From Mobula hypostoma (taxonomy: Eukaryota): DNA of 64,000 nucleotides. A program made the translations under genes and the position numbers. The stretch covers positions 124,250,001 through 124,314,000 of the forward strand of contig NC_086097.1 in the NCBI RefSeq assembly GCF_963921235.1. Reading direction: 5' to 3'. Below are positions 48,360-59,520 of the stretch, in pieces. Positions within the stretch are counted from its first letter, which is position 1. Every line of letters starts with the position of its first letter. The notes beneath the pieces are model-generated. The model worked only from the letters and a program-made list of their open reading frames with translations. It did not search any database and was not told the origin of the DNA.

Positions 48360-50512
48360 GAGTCGTAGAAGTAACAGAACACTACAGCACAAAAAAGCCA
48401 TTCAGCCCATCTAGTCTGTGCTGAAACATTAATCTGCCTAGTCCCATCAATCTCCATCAGGACCATAGCCCTCTCATCCATGTACATATCCAAATTTCTC
48501 TTAAATGTTGAAACCAACCTCGCATTCACCACTTGTGCTGGCAGCTCGTTCCACACTCTCACCACCCTCTGAGTGAAGAAATTCACTCTCATGATCCCTT
48601 AAGCATTTCACCTTTCACCCTTCGCCCATGACCTCTAGTCGTAGGCCTACCCTGCCTCAGTGGAAAAAGCCTGCTTGTATTTACCCCATGTATACCCTTC
48701 ATAATTAAGTATACCTCTATCAAATCTCCCCTCAATCTTCTACGTTCTAGGGAATCAAGTGCTAACCTATTCAACCTTTCCCTATAACTCAGACCCTCAA
48801 GTCCTAGCAACCTCTGTGCACATTTTCTCTGCACACTTTCAGCCTTATTTACATCCTTCCTGAAGGCAGGTGACCAAAACTGCACACCAAATTCCAAATT
48901 AGGCCTTACCAACGTCTTATACAAATTCAACAATCCCAACTCCTGTACAGATTACATTGACTTATGAAGGCTAATATTCAAAAGCTTTCTTTATGACCCT
49001 ATCTACCTGTGACACTACTCTTAAGGAATTATGGATCTGTATTCCCAGATCCCCCAGTTCTACCACATTCCTCAGTGCCTTACCACTCACTAGGTAAGAC
49101 CTACCCTGGTTTGCCCTACCAAAGTACAACATCGCACACTTGCACACTTGTCTGCACTAAATTACATCTGCCTTTTCTCAGACCATTTTTCCAGCTGGTC
49201 CAGATCCCGTTGCAGGCTTAGATAGTTTTTCTTACTGTCCATATCACCCCCGATCTTGGTGTCATCCACAAATTTGCTGATTCAGTTTGCCAGAGTATCA
49301 TCCATTTTGTTAATATAGATGACAAACAACAATGGACCCAGCACTGGCCCCTATGGCAAACCACTAGTCATAAGCGTCCAGTCAGAGACGCAACCACGTC
49401 AAACTACTCTTCGGCTTTTCCGCGAAGCTTATGTCTAATCCAGTTTACCATCTTATCTTGAATGACAAACAACTGAACCTTCTTGACTACCCTCCCATGC
49501 GGGACCTTGTCAAAAGCCTTCCTAAAATCCATGTAGACAACATCCACTGGCTTGCCTTCATCAACTTTCCTGGTAACTTACTCAAAAAACTCTACAAGAT
49601 TGGTCAGACACGATTTACCGTGTACAAAGCCATGTTGACTATCTCTAATCAGTCCGCCTGTCCAAATAAATACGTTTACTTCCATTCCCTTTCCTACTAC
49701 TGAAGCCAGGCTCAATGGCCCATAATTTCCTGGCTTACTCTTGGAGACTTTCTTAAACAACGGAACAACATTAGCTATCCTCCAATCCTCCCTGGCACCT
49801 CACCTGTGACCAAGGATGTTTTAAATATCTCTGCAATTTCTGCATTAGCTTCCCACAAGGTTAGAGGGAACACTCGGTCAGGCTCTGGGGATTTATCCAC
49901 CCTAATTTGGTACAAGACAGCAAAGCCTCCTCCTCTGTAATCTGTATAGAGTCCACGGCCTCAATGCTGCTTTCCCTCACGTCTATAGACTCTGAGTCTG
50001 TCTCTCAAGTAAATACAGATGCAAAGAATCCAATTAAGATTTCCCCCCTTTCTTTCAGGTCCATGCATAGATGACCACTCTGATCTTCCAGAGGACGAAT
50101 TTTGTTCCTTGCTATCCTTTTGCACTTAATATATCTGTAGGAGTCCCTAGGATTCTCCTTCTCCCTGTCGGCTAGAGCAACTTCATGTCTACCTGTAGCC
50201 CTTCTGATTTCCTTCTTCAGAGTTTCTTTTCTCCTAAAGTACCTACTTTGTTCCTGCAGCCTTCACCTGCTATGCACCTCCTTCTTTTTCTTAACCAGGG
50301 CTTCAATATCTCTCGAAAACCAAGGTTCCATAAACCTGTTACTCTCTGCTCTCAAAATTTCACTTTTGAAGGCCTTCCATTTATCAAGTACACCTTTGCC
50401 ATAAAACAACCTATCCCCACATCCTTTCTGATACCATCAAAATTGATCTTTCTCCAATTTAGAATCTCAACCTGAGCACCAGAACAATCCTTTTCCCTAA
50501 TTACATTGAAAC
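48360..50512 (-). mobile_element. CR1 LINE, decayed ORF2 and tail
   Basis: LYKTLVRPNLEF, SKPGNYGPLSLAS and SQHGFVHGKSCLTNL peptides. Confidence 0.85.
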
Positions 50513-50869
50513 TAATAAGACCATGACATAAAGGCAGAATTAGCCCACCTAATCTGTTCGTCCATCATGACTGAACCACCATCCCTCTCAACTCCATTCT
50601 CCTGTCTTCTCCCAGAACCTTTGACACCCTGATTAATCAGGAACCTATCAAACTCCACTTTAAATATACCCAATGACTTGGCCTGCACAGCCATCTGTAG
50701 CAAAGACTTCCACAGGTTCACCACCTATGTCCTAAGAAAGTTTTCGTCATCACTGTTCCAAATGGATGTCTGTCAGTTCTGAAGCTGTACCTTCTGTTCC
50801 TGGACTCCTCCGCTATAGGAAACATCCTCTCCACATCCAGACCTTTCAATATTTCATAGGTTTCAATGA
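50513..50869 (-). mobile_element. CR1 3' end
   Basis: VNLWKSLLQMAVQAKSLGIFK peptide and tail. Confidence 0.8.
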
Positions 50870-53800
50870 GGGGACAATATAAAAGAAGGAGTATAAGAGG
50901 AGTACTCATTGTTGGAGTGGGGCATTGTTAGAATGATTCAGCTTTGGCTCAGCAGGCTTGGGCAAGAACAGACGGTGGTTCAAACTGAGTAAGAAAGCTT
51001 CTAGTAATTTTCTTTTACTTGTTAGTTCATAACCAGTGCACTGAGAATGGGTCTGGAGATAATGGTTTGTTTCTTGGGTGCGATGTGGGAAATTTCAGAG
51101 ATCTCCAGCCTCCCTGATAACTTTGTCTGCACAAAGCACGTTGAGCTGCAGCTCCTGAGAGATCGTGTGAAGGATATGGAGCTGCAGCTGGATGACCTTC
51201 GGCTCATACGGGAGAATGAGGAGCTGATGGATAGGACCTAGAAGGAGGTAGTCATCCCTAAGTTGCAGGAGGCAAGAGAGGGAAAGGGAATAGACAGCCA
51301 GTACAGAGTACACCTGTGGCCATTCCCCTCAATAATAAGTACAGTGCTTTGGATACTGTTGGGGGGGATTACCTACCGGGGAAGCCACAGCGACCAGGAC
51401 TCTGGCACAGAGTCTGCCTCTGTGGCTCAGAAAGGAAGTGGGGTGAAAAGGAGGTCAGTAGTGATGGGGATTCCATAATTAGAGGATCAGAAAGTAGAAT
51501 CTGTGGATGTGAAAGAGACACCCAGATGGTATGTTACTTCCCAGGTGCCAGGGTCAGGGTTCTCTTGGAAAGGATTCATAGCATTCTAAGGGGGGAGGGT
51601 GGACAGTCAGAAATCATGGTGCATATTGGTACCAATGACATAAACAGGAAAAGGGAGGAGGTCTCAAAGAAGGAATAGAGGGAGTTGGGCAGAGAGCTGA
51701 AAAGCAGGACCTCCAGAGTAGTAATCTCTGCATCGCTGCCTGTGCCACGTGCCAGTGAGGGTAAGAATAGCAGATGAATGTGTGGCTGAGGAATCAGTGC
51801 AGAGGGCAGGGTTTCAGATTTCTAGATCATTGGGATCCTTTCTGAGTAAGGAATGACCTGTACAAAAAGTATAGGTTACACCTGAATATGAGGGGAACTA
51901 ATATCCTCGTGGACAGGTTTGCAAGAGCTGTTGGGGTGGGTTTAAACTAATTTGATAGTGGAATTGGAACTGGAGTGATAGGGCTGAGAATGGGGCAGTT
52001 AGTGCCCAAGCAGATGCAAAGTGTAGTGAAACTGTAAGGAAGCAAAATCAAATGGTAGGACAAAATTGCAGTCAGTGGGATTAGTTAAAGTGCAATGGGG
52101 GTCAAAATCAAAAAGGGTGATCAATACAGGACTGAAGCTGTTATATTTGAATGCACATAGTATACAGAATAAGGTAGATGATCTTGTGGCGCTGTTAGAG
52201 ATTGGCAGGTATGACATCAGGGGCATCTCTGAGTTGTGGTTGAGAGAAGATCATAGTTGGGAGCTTAACATCCAAGGATACACATTGTATAGACAGGTAG
52301 GCAGAGGAAGTGGGGTGGTTCTGTTGATAAAAAATGAGATCATATCCTTAGAAAGAGGTGACATAGGATCGGAAGATGTAGTATTCTTGTGCGTAGAGTT
52401 AAGAAACTGTAAGACCCTGATGGAAATTATAAATAGAACAGTAGCCTGGATGTGAGCTGCAAATTACAATGGGAGATAGAAAGGGCATGTAAAAAGGGCA
52501 ATGTTGAGATAATCATTGGGGATTTCAATATGCAGGTAGATTGTGAAAATCAGGTTGGTGCTGGATCCTAAGAGAGGGAATTCGTAGCATGCCTTCAAGG
52601 TGGCTTTTTAGAGTAGCTTGTGGTTCAGTCCACCAGTGGAACAGAAATTCTGGACTAGGTGTTATGTAATGACCTAGATTTGCTTAGGAAGCTTAAAGTA
52701 AGGGAACCTTTAGGAGGCAGTGATCATAATATTATAGAATTTACCTTGCAGTTTGAGAAAGAGAATCTAAAATTGGATGTAACAGTATTAAAGTAGAATA
52801 AAGGGAATTACAGAGGCCTGAGGGTGGAGCTGGCTAAAGTTGTTTGGAAGGGGACATGAGCCGGGATGATAGCAGAACAGCAATGGCTGGAGTTTCTGGG
52901 CGAAATTCCGAAGACGCAGGAAAGATACATCCCAAAGATGAAGAGTTATGCTAAAGGAAAGATGAGGCAACTGAGGCTGAAAGGGGAAATCAAAGAGAGC
53001 ATGAAAGCATAAGAAAGGACATATAATATTGCAAAAATTAGTGGGAAGATAGAGTATTGGGAAGCTTTTAAAAATTAGCAGAAGGCAACTAAAAACCCAA
53101 AAAGAGAGAAAAGATGAAATATGAAGGGAAGCTTGCTAGTAATATAAAAAAATACAAAAAAAGTTTTCTCAGATATACAATGTGTAAAAGAGAGGTGAGA
53201 GTGGATATTGAACCATTGGAAAATGATGCTGGAGAGTTAGTAATGGGGGACAAAGAAATAGCAGACAATTTAACAAGTATTTTGCGTTAGTCTTTACTGT
53301 GGAAGATACTAACAAAATGCCAGAAATGCGTGAATGTCAGGGGGCAGAAGTAAATGTCATTGCTATTACTAAGGAGAAGGTACTTGAGAGGCTGCAAAGC
53401 CTGAAGGTAGAAAAGAGACCTGGATCAGATGGATTACACTCCAAGGTTCTGAAAGATGTAGCTGAAATGAGTGTGGAGGCATTACTATAGACCTTTTGAG
53501 AATCACTAGATCCTGGAATGGTCCTAAGGACTGGAACATTGCAAATGTCACTCCAACCTTTAAGAAGGGAGGCAGGCAGAAGAAAGGAAATTATAGGCCA
53601 GTTAGCTTGACTTGACAGTGGATGGAAAGATGTTGGAGTCTACTTTTGAGAATGAAGCTTTGGTGCACATGATAAAATAGGCCAAAGTCAGCATGTTTTT
53701 CTAAAGAGAAATCTAGTCTGACAAATCTGTTGGAATTCTTTGAAATAACAAGCAGGATAGACAAAGGAGAGTCAGTGGATGTTGTTTATGTGGATTTTCA

Positions 53801-54568
53801 GAAGGTCTTTGATAATGTGCCACACATGAAGCTACTTAACAAGATAAGAGCCCGTAGTATCACAGGAAAGGTACTAGAAAGGATAAAAGGTTGCTGGCTG
53901 GCAGGAGGCAAAGAGTGGATATAATGGGGACCCTTTCTGGTTGGCTGCCAGTGACTAGCTGTGTGCCACAAGGGTTGGTGTTGGGACTGTATTTTTCATG
54001 TAGTATGTCAATTATTTGGATGAGGGAATTGATGGCATTGTGGCCAAGTTCGTGGACATTGTGAAGACAGGTCGAGGGGCAGTTAGTGCTAAGGAAACAG
54101 GGTGCCTGCAGAAGGACTTAGACAGATTGGGGGAATGAGCGAAGAAGTGGCAGATGGAATTTAGTGTAGGGAAGTGCATGGTCATGCACTTTGGTAGAAG
54201 GAGAAAGGGCATGGACTATTTTCCAAATGGGGAGAACATTCAAAAAAATCAGATGTGCAGAGCAACTTGTGAGTCCTTGTGCAAGATTCCTTAAAGGTTA
54301 ACATGCAGGTTGAATTGATGGTAAGAAAGGCAAATGCAGTGTTAGCATTCATTTTGAGAGGACTAGAATATAAAAGCTTAGGCTCTGTAAGGCATTGATC
54401 AGACCATTCTTAGAGCATTGTGAGCAGTTTTGGATCCCTTATATAAGAAAAGACGTACTGGCATTTGAGAGGATCTAGAATGATCCCGTGAATGAAATGG
54501 TTAACGTATGAGGAACGTTTGATAGTTCCAGCCCTGTACTCGCTAGAGTTTAGAAGAATGAGAGGGGT
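50870..54568 (+). mobile_element. Near full-length decayed CR1 LINE (5' UTR, ORF1 zinc finger/coiled coil/SGNH esterase, ORF2 APE+RT)
   Basis: ORF1: FVCTKHVELQLLRDRV, GDSIIRG..FPGAR..HIGTNDI. ORF2: LYLNAHSIQNK, GDFN and RT motifs. Many stops. Confidence 0.88.
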
Positions 54569-54589
54569 GCTAAAGGCAATGTGATCACT

Positions 54590-55630
54590 AGACACAAAGT
54601 TATACAAAATGCTGGAGAAACTCAGCAGGCCAGGCAGCATCTAGAAAAAGAGTACAGTCGACATTTCAGGCCGAAACACTTCGGCAGGACAGGAGAGAAA
54701 GCTGAGGGGCAGATTTAAAAGGTGGGGGGAGGGAAGAGAGAAAAACACAAGGTAATAGGTGAAACCTGGAGGGGGAAGGATTAAGTATAGAGCTGGGAAG
54801 GTGATTGGTGAAAGAGACATAAGGCCGTGGAAGAAAGAAAAGGGGGGAGGAGCACCAGAGGGAGGTGATGGGCGGGCAAGGAGATAAGGTGAGAATGGGA
54901 AAAGGGGATGGGAAATAGTGAAGGAGATCCATCATGACAGTGGAGGAGACCAAGGATTGCACCCTATGTGATTTTTTTGTCCATTTGTCCCTCCCCACTG
55001 ATCTCCCTCCTGGCACTACGCCTCCTCCCTCACTACCATTCAAGGCCCTAAACAGTCCTTCCAGGTGAGGTGACACTTCACCTGTGAGTCTGTTGGGGGT
55101 CATATACTGTGCCCGGTGCTCCCGGTGTGGTCTCCTGTATATCGGTGAGACCTGACGTAGATTGGGAGACCGCTTCGCCAAACACCTATGCTCCATCCAC
55201 CAGAAAAAACAACATCTCACGGTGGCCATCCATTTTAATTTCACTTCCCATTCCCATTCCGATATGTCCATCCTTGGCCTCCTCCACTATCATGATGAGG
55301 CCACATTTAGGTTGGAGGAACAACACCTTATATTCCATTTTGGTAGCTTCCAGCCTGATGGCATGAACATTGATTTCTCAAACTTCTGGCATGCCCACTA
55401 CCCCCATCTTCACCATTTCTCACCCCCTTTTCCCTCTCTCTCCCCTCCCCCCGCCACCCCAACCTTTTAAATCTACTTCTCAGCTTTTTCCTCCACTCCT
55501 GCTGAAGAGTTTTGGCCCAAAGCATCAACTGTACTCTTTTCCTAGATGCCGCCTGGCCTGCTGAGTTCCTCCAGCATTTTGTGTGCGTTCCTTGGATTTC
55601 CAGCATCTGCAAATTTTCTTTCGTTTGTGA
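54590..55630. mobile_element. Penelope-like element with inverted terminal copy
   Basis: Minus-strand pLTR at 54590-54920 abuts a plus-strand GIY-YIG fragment plus pLTR at 54920-55630 (LYIGET*RRLGDRFAKHL); hammerhead remnants at 54655-54690 (-) and 55494-55531 (+). Confidence 0.85.
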
Positions 55631-55754
55631 CTCAATGCAAAGTGTTACCTCACACAAACTTCAGTAAACTGCCCTGCCTCATTCTCTCACAGAAGATCTA
55701 GTATCACACACTCTCTAGTTGGGACTTCAATGTACTGGTTAAGGAAGCTTTCCT

Positions 55755-56311
55755 GAACACATTTGGAGTATTGTGTGCAGTTTTGGATCAATTATCTAAG
55801 AAAGGACACGCTGGCATTGGAAAGGGTCTAGAGGAGGTTGACAAGAATGACGCCAGGAATGAAAGGATTAATATACGAGGAGTGTTTGATGGCTCAGGGT
55901 CTATGCTCACTGGAGTTTAGAAGAATGTGGGTGGAATCTTGCAGAAAACTATCGAATATTGAAAGGTTGAGATAGAGTGGGTGGGAAGTGTATGTTTCCT
56001 ATTGTGGGGGAGTTTAGGGTCAAAGGGCACAGCCTCAGAATACAAGGACACCTTTTAGAACAGAGCTGAGGAGGAATTTCTTTAGCCAGAGGGTGGTGAA
56101 TCTGTGGAATGCATTGTCACAGATGGCTGTGGAGGCCAATTCTTTGGGCTTATTTAAAGTGGAGATTGATAGGTTTTTGATTAGTATGGGTGTCAAAGGT
56201 TATGGGAGAAGGCAGGAGAATGAGATTGAGAGGGATAATGATTGAGCCATGATCGAATGGAGGAGCAGACTCAATAGGCCGAATGGCCTAATTCTACTCC
56301 TATGTCTTATG
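55755..56311 (+). mobile_element. CR1 3' fragment
   Basis: HLEYCVQFW remnant through the tcttatga tail. Confidence 0.8.
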
Positions 56312-56435
56312 ATATTATGGTGCAAAGAATCTTAGTCTGCTTGCTACTGTATATTGGAAAAGTTATTAAATGCTGCTTCATTCTACTACAATTAGTGATA
56401 TCCTGTGATTTAGTGATATCCAGAGTATTAGTGAT

Positions 56436-56538
56436 ATTCCTGGTGAAGGGTCTTGGCACAAAACGTTGACTGTTCATTTTCCTCCATAGAATGCTGCCTG
56501 ACCCACAGAGCTCCCCGAGCATTTTGTGTGTGTTGCTT
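56436..56538 (+). mobile_element. PLE terminus (~100 bp) with hammerhead remnant
   Basis: CTGGTGA-agggtcttggcac-aaaac-gtt-gactg..gcattttgtgtgtgttgc. Confidence 0.65.
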
Positions 56539-56765
56539 TAGTGATGTTGATACATCTTTGGAAGATGCAATGGCTATGAACTTTGTCTCAACGGTAGCAG
56601 TAATATTTTTCTTCATGTGGATGCAAAAAAGGATTTTTTAGGAGAGGACTACTCAAATTTATATAAAGTGTTTCATGACCTCGGTATATGCAAATTGTAT
56701 TGCAAGCACTGATTTATAGTTCAAGTTTGATCACTGTTAAGTTGTAGGAAGTCCGGTAGCCATGT

Positions 56766-57342
56766 TGTCAGAATCAGGTTTAATTTTGTAGTTTTATTGC
56801 AGCAGTACAGCGTAATACACAAAAAAAACTATGAATTACAATAAAGCATACATATATAATACGTAGTGCAAAAAGAGAGTAAAAGCTGTCTTCATGTGTT
56901 GGTTCATTGCCTGTTCAGAAATCTAATGGCGGGGGGGAAGAAGCTGTTCTTAAAATGTCGACTGCGCGTTTCCAAGCTCCTATACCCCCTTTCTGATGGT
57001 AGTAATATGAAGAGGGCATATCCAGGGTGATGGGGTCTTAATGATGGATGCTTCCTTTCTGAAGCCGGTTGAAAATGTCCTCAATGCTGGGGAGGCTAGT
57101 ACCCATAATGTTATTGGCTGAGTTTACGACCCTCTGTAGCGACCCTGTGCATTGGCTCCTCCATACCAGATGGTGATGCAACCAGTCAGAATGCTCTCCA
57201 TGGTACTTCAGTAGAAAATTTCCTCAAACGCACAAAATTTCCTCAACCTCCCAAAGGAACATAGCCTTCTTTGTCATTGCATCACTATGTTGGGTTCAGG
57301 AGAGATCTGCAGAGATTTGACATCCAGGAACTTGAAACTTCT
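56766..57342 (-). mobile_element. Rex1-type LINE 3' fragment
   Basis: Homologous to 23085-23800; tail tcagaatcaggtt. Confidence 0.7.
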
Positions 57343-57805
57343 TCAAGTTGTGCATAGCAAGTTTCCATACATGATAAATAATAACAAAGCAACAAGCACA
57401 TGTAGTATCGTCTGGGATATAAATATTATCAAAGATCCTTCTCAAATTCCAGTTCTAGTCTTTACAGTCTGTGAGCCTGAGGGTCCACTGGGGAAGTTAA
57501 AAGCCCAATGACTGTGACTCCATGAGTCCGCTGGAGGCTGGAGGCCTGGATTCAATCTGTCCTGGGGTTAGAGATCTCTGTGTGCGGGAGGAAGGGGAAC
57601 TGGGTGGGATGGAGGTAAGGAGCTTGTTCTGTTCTTGTTATTGTCGTTGTTTCTGTGTTCTGTGAATGTGGTGGCCATGTTATGTTGGTGCCGGAATGTG
57701 TGACCACACTTGTGGGCAGCCCCCCCCCGAACATCCTTAGGTTGTGTTGGTTGTTAAAACAAACAACACATTTTTGTGTATGTCTATGGCTAATAATTGC
57801 ACTCT

Positions 57806-57992
57806 AAGGCTAATACCAGGGGACATAATTTTAGGGTGATTGGAGGAAAGTATGGTGGGATGTCAGAAGTAAGTTCTTTATACAGAGAGCGGTGAGGGCA
57901 TGGAAAGCCCTGCCTGGGGTAATGGTAGAGGCAGATACACTAGGGGCATTTAAGAAACTCTTAGATAGGCACATGGATGGTAGAAAAATGGG
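57806..57992 (+). mobile_element. CR1 3' fragment cut by an LTR
   Basis: Same tail family as 38935. Confidence 0.65.
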
Positions 57993-58560
57993 GGTTATTA
58001 TGTATTTAATATTTCAGTAATATTTGAATAATCTTGTATATATATTGTTTGATTAAACATCCCTGTTCATTTAAATAATGCATTACATGTTGTTACATCA
58101 ACATGCAGTATGGGATATGTGCGTGCTTGGCTTAAAGTAAATATGAAGTTAGACCCATATTCCCGGACTCCCGTGCCTTCCTTTGAATTAGTTTAATTTC
58201 TGAAGTTACAAAACTTAACATTGGTGACAAGGCATTTTTTAAAACAAACCTGAGATGGTTATCAATCCATTCAAGTAAAAAACTAAAGGTACATTGAGGA
58301 ACGGCGAAACAGAGCAGCACGTGTTCTTCAGAAGGGAAGACACAGATGAGCTTTGAAACAGCCAGAAAATGAACAATTCACAGGTTCATAAAGAGTGAGT
58401 AGTGGCTGATAATGGTCATTAAAAAAAGAGCAGAAATAGCTGGCTGTGTCGGAAAAATTGATGCACTTGATTACACAGAAGATAGCGGGAAGATGTATAC
58501 CGACCAAATTCAACAATATTTTGAAGCAAATGAAATAGATAATGGAAATGTGTACCAATT
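57993..58560 (+). mobile_element. Gypsy (Mag-like) 5' LTR, PBS and gag start
   Basis: LTR ends ..ttaaca at 58220 and is followed by ttggtgacaagg; gag peptide GKIDALDYTEDSGKMYTDQIQQYFEANEID. Confidence 0.7.
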
Positions 58561-59335
58561 TTCAGAATTAAAGTCAGGGTTATTATCACTGGCATGTGTT
58601 GTGAAATTTGTTAACTTAGCAGCAGCAGTTCAATGCAATACATGATATAGAGGGATAAATAACAAAATAAATAAGTAAATCAATTACACTATATGTATAT
58701 TGAATAGATTAAAAATTGTGCAAAAACAGAAATAATATATGTTAAAAAAGTGAGGTAGGGTTCATGGGATCAATGTCCATTTCAGAATCGGATGGCAAAG
58801 GGGAAAAAGTTGTTCCTGAATCGCTAAGTGTGTGTCTTCAGGCTTCTATACCTCCCACCTGATGGTAACAATGAGAAAAGGGCATGCCCTGGGTGCTGGA
58901 GGTCCGTAATAATAGACGCTGCTCCTTGAAGAAGTTCTGGGTACTCTGTAGGCTAGTAACCAAGATGGAACTGACTAAATTTACGACCCTCTGCAGCTTC
59001 TTTTGGACCTGTGCAGTAGCACCCCCTCCCATCGCATACCAGACAGTGATGCAGCCTGTCAGAATGTTCTCCACAGTACATCTGTAGAAATTTTTGAGTG
59101 TTTTTGTTGACATACCAAATCTCTTCAAACACCTAATGAAGTATAGTTGCTGTCTTGCCTTCTTTATAACTGCATCGATATGTTGGGACCAGGTTAGGTC
59201 CTCAGAGATTTTGACACCCAGGAACTTGAAACTACTCACTCTCACCACTTCGGATTCCTCTATGAGGACTGGTATGTGTTCCATCGTCTTGCCCTTCCTG
59301 AAGTCCACAATCAGTTCTTTCGTCTTACTGACAAA
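58561..59335 (-). mobile_element. Rex1-type LINE 3' fragment inserted in gag
   Basis: VSKTKELIVDFRK..SFKFLGVKISEDLTWSQH..NILTGCITVWY peptide. Confidence 0.85.
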
Positions 59336-59349
59336 AGTCAGCAACACAC

Positions 59350-59520
59350 TTTGCTAAGGGCATTAGATTTATAGGGAAACAGTTTGCTTTGAAATTTACC
59401 TGTCCCAACCAAACCATCAGAAATTAGCATTGCTACTATTGTGAAAGTGATGCAGGAACATTTAAAACCAAAGCTATTGTTGATTGCAGAACACTTTAGG
59501 TTTCATGAGCTGAACTGAAG
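59350..59520 (+). mobile_element. Continuation of the Mag-like gag
   Basis: PTKPSEISIATIVKVMQEHLKPKLLLIAEHFRFH peptide. Confidence 0.7.
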
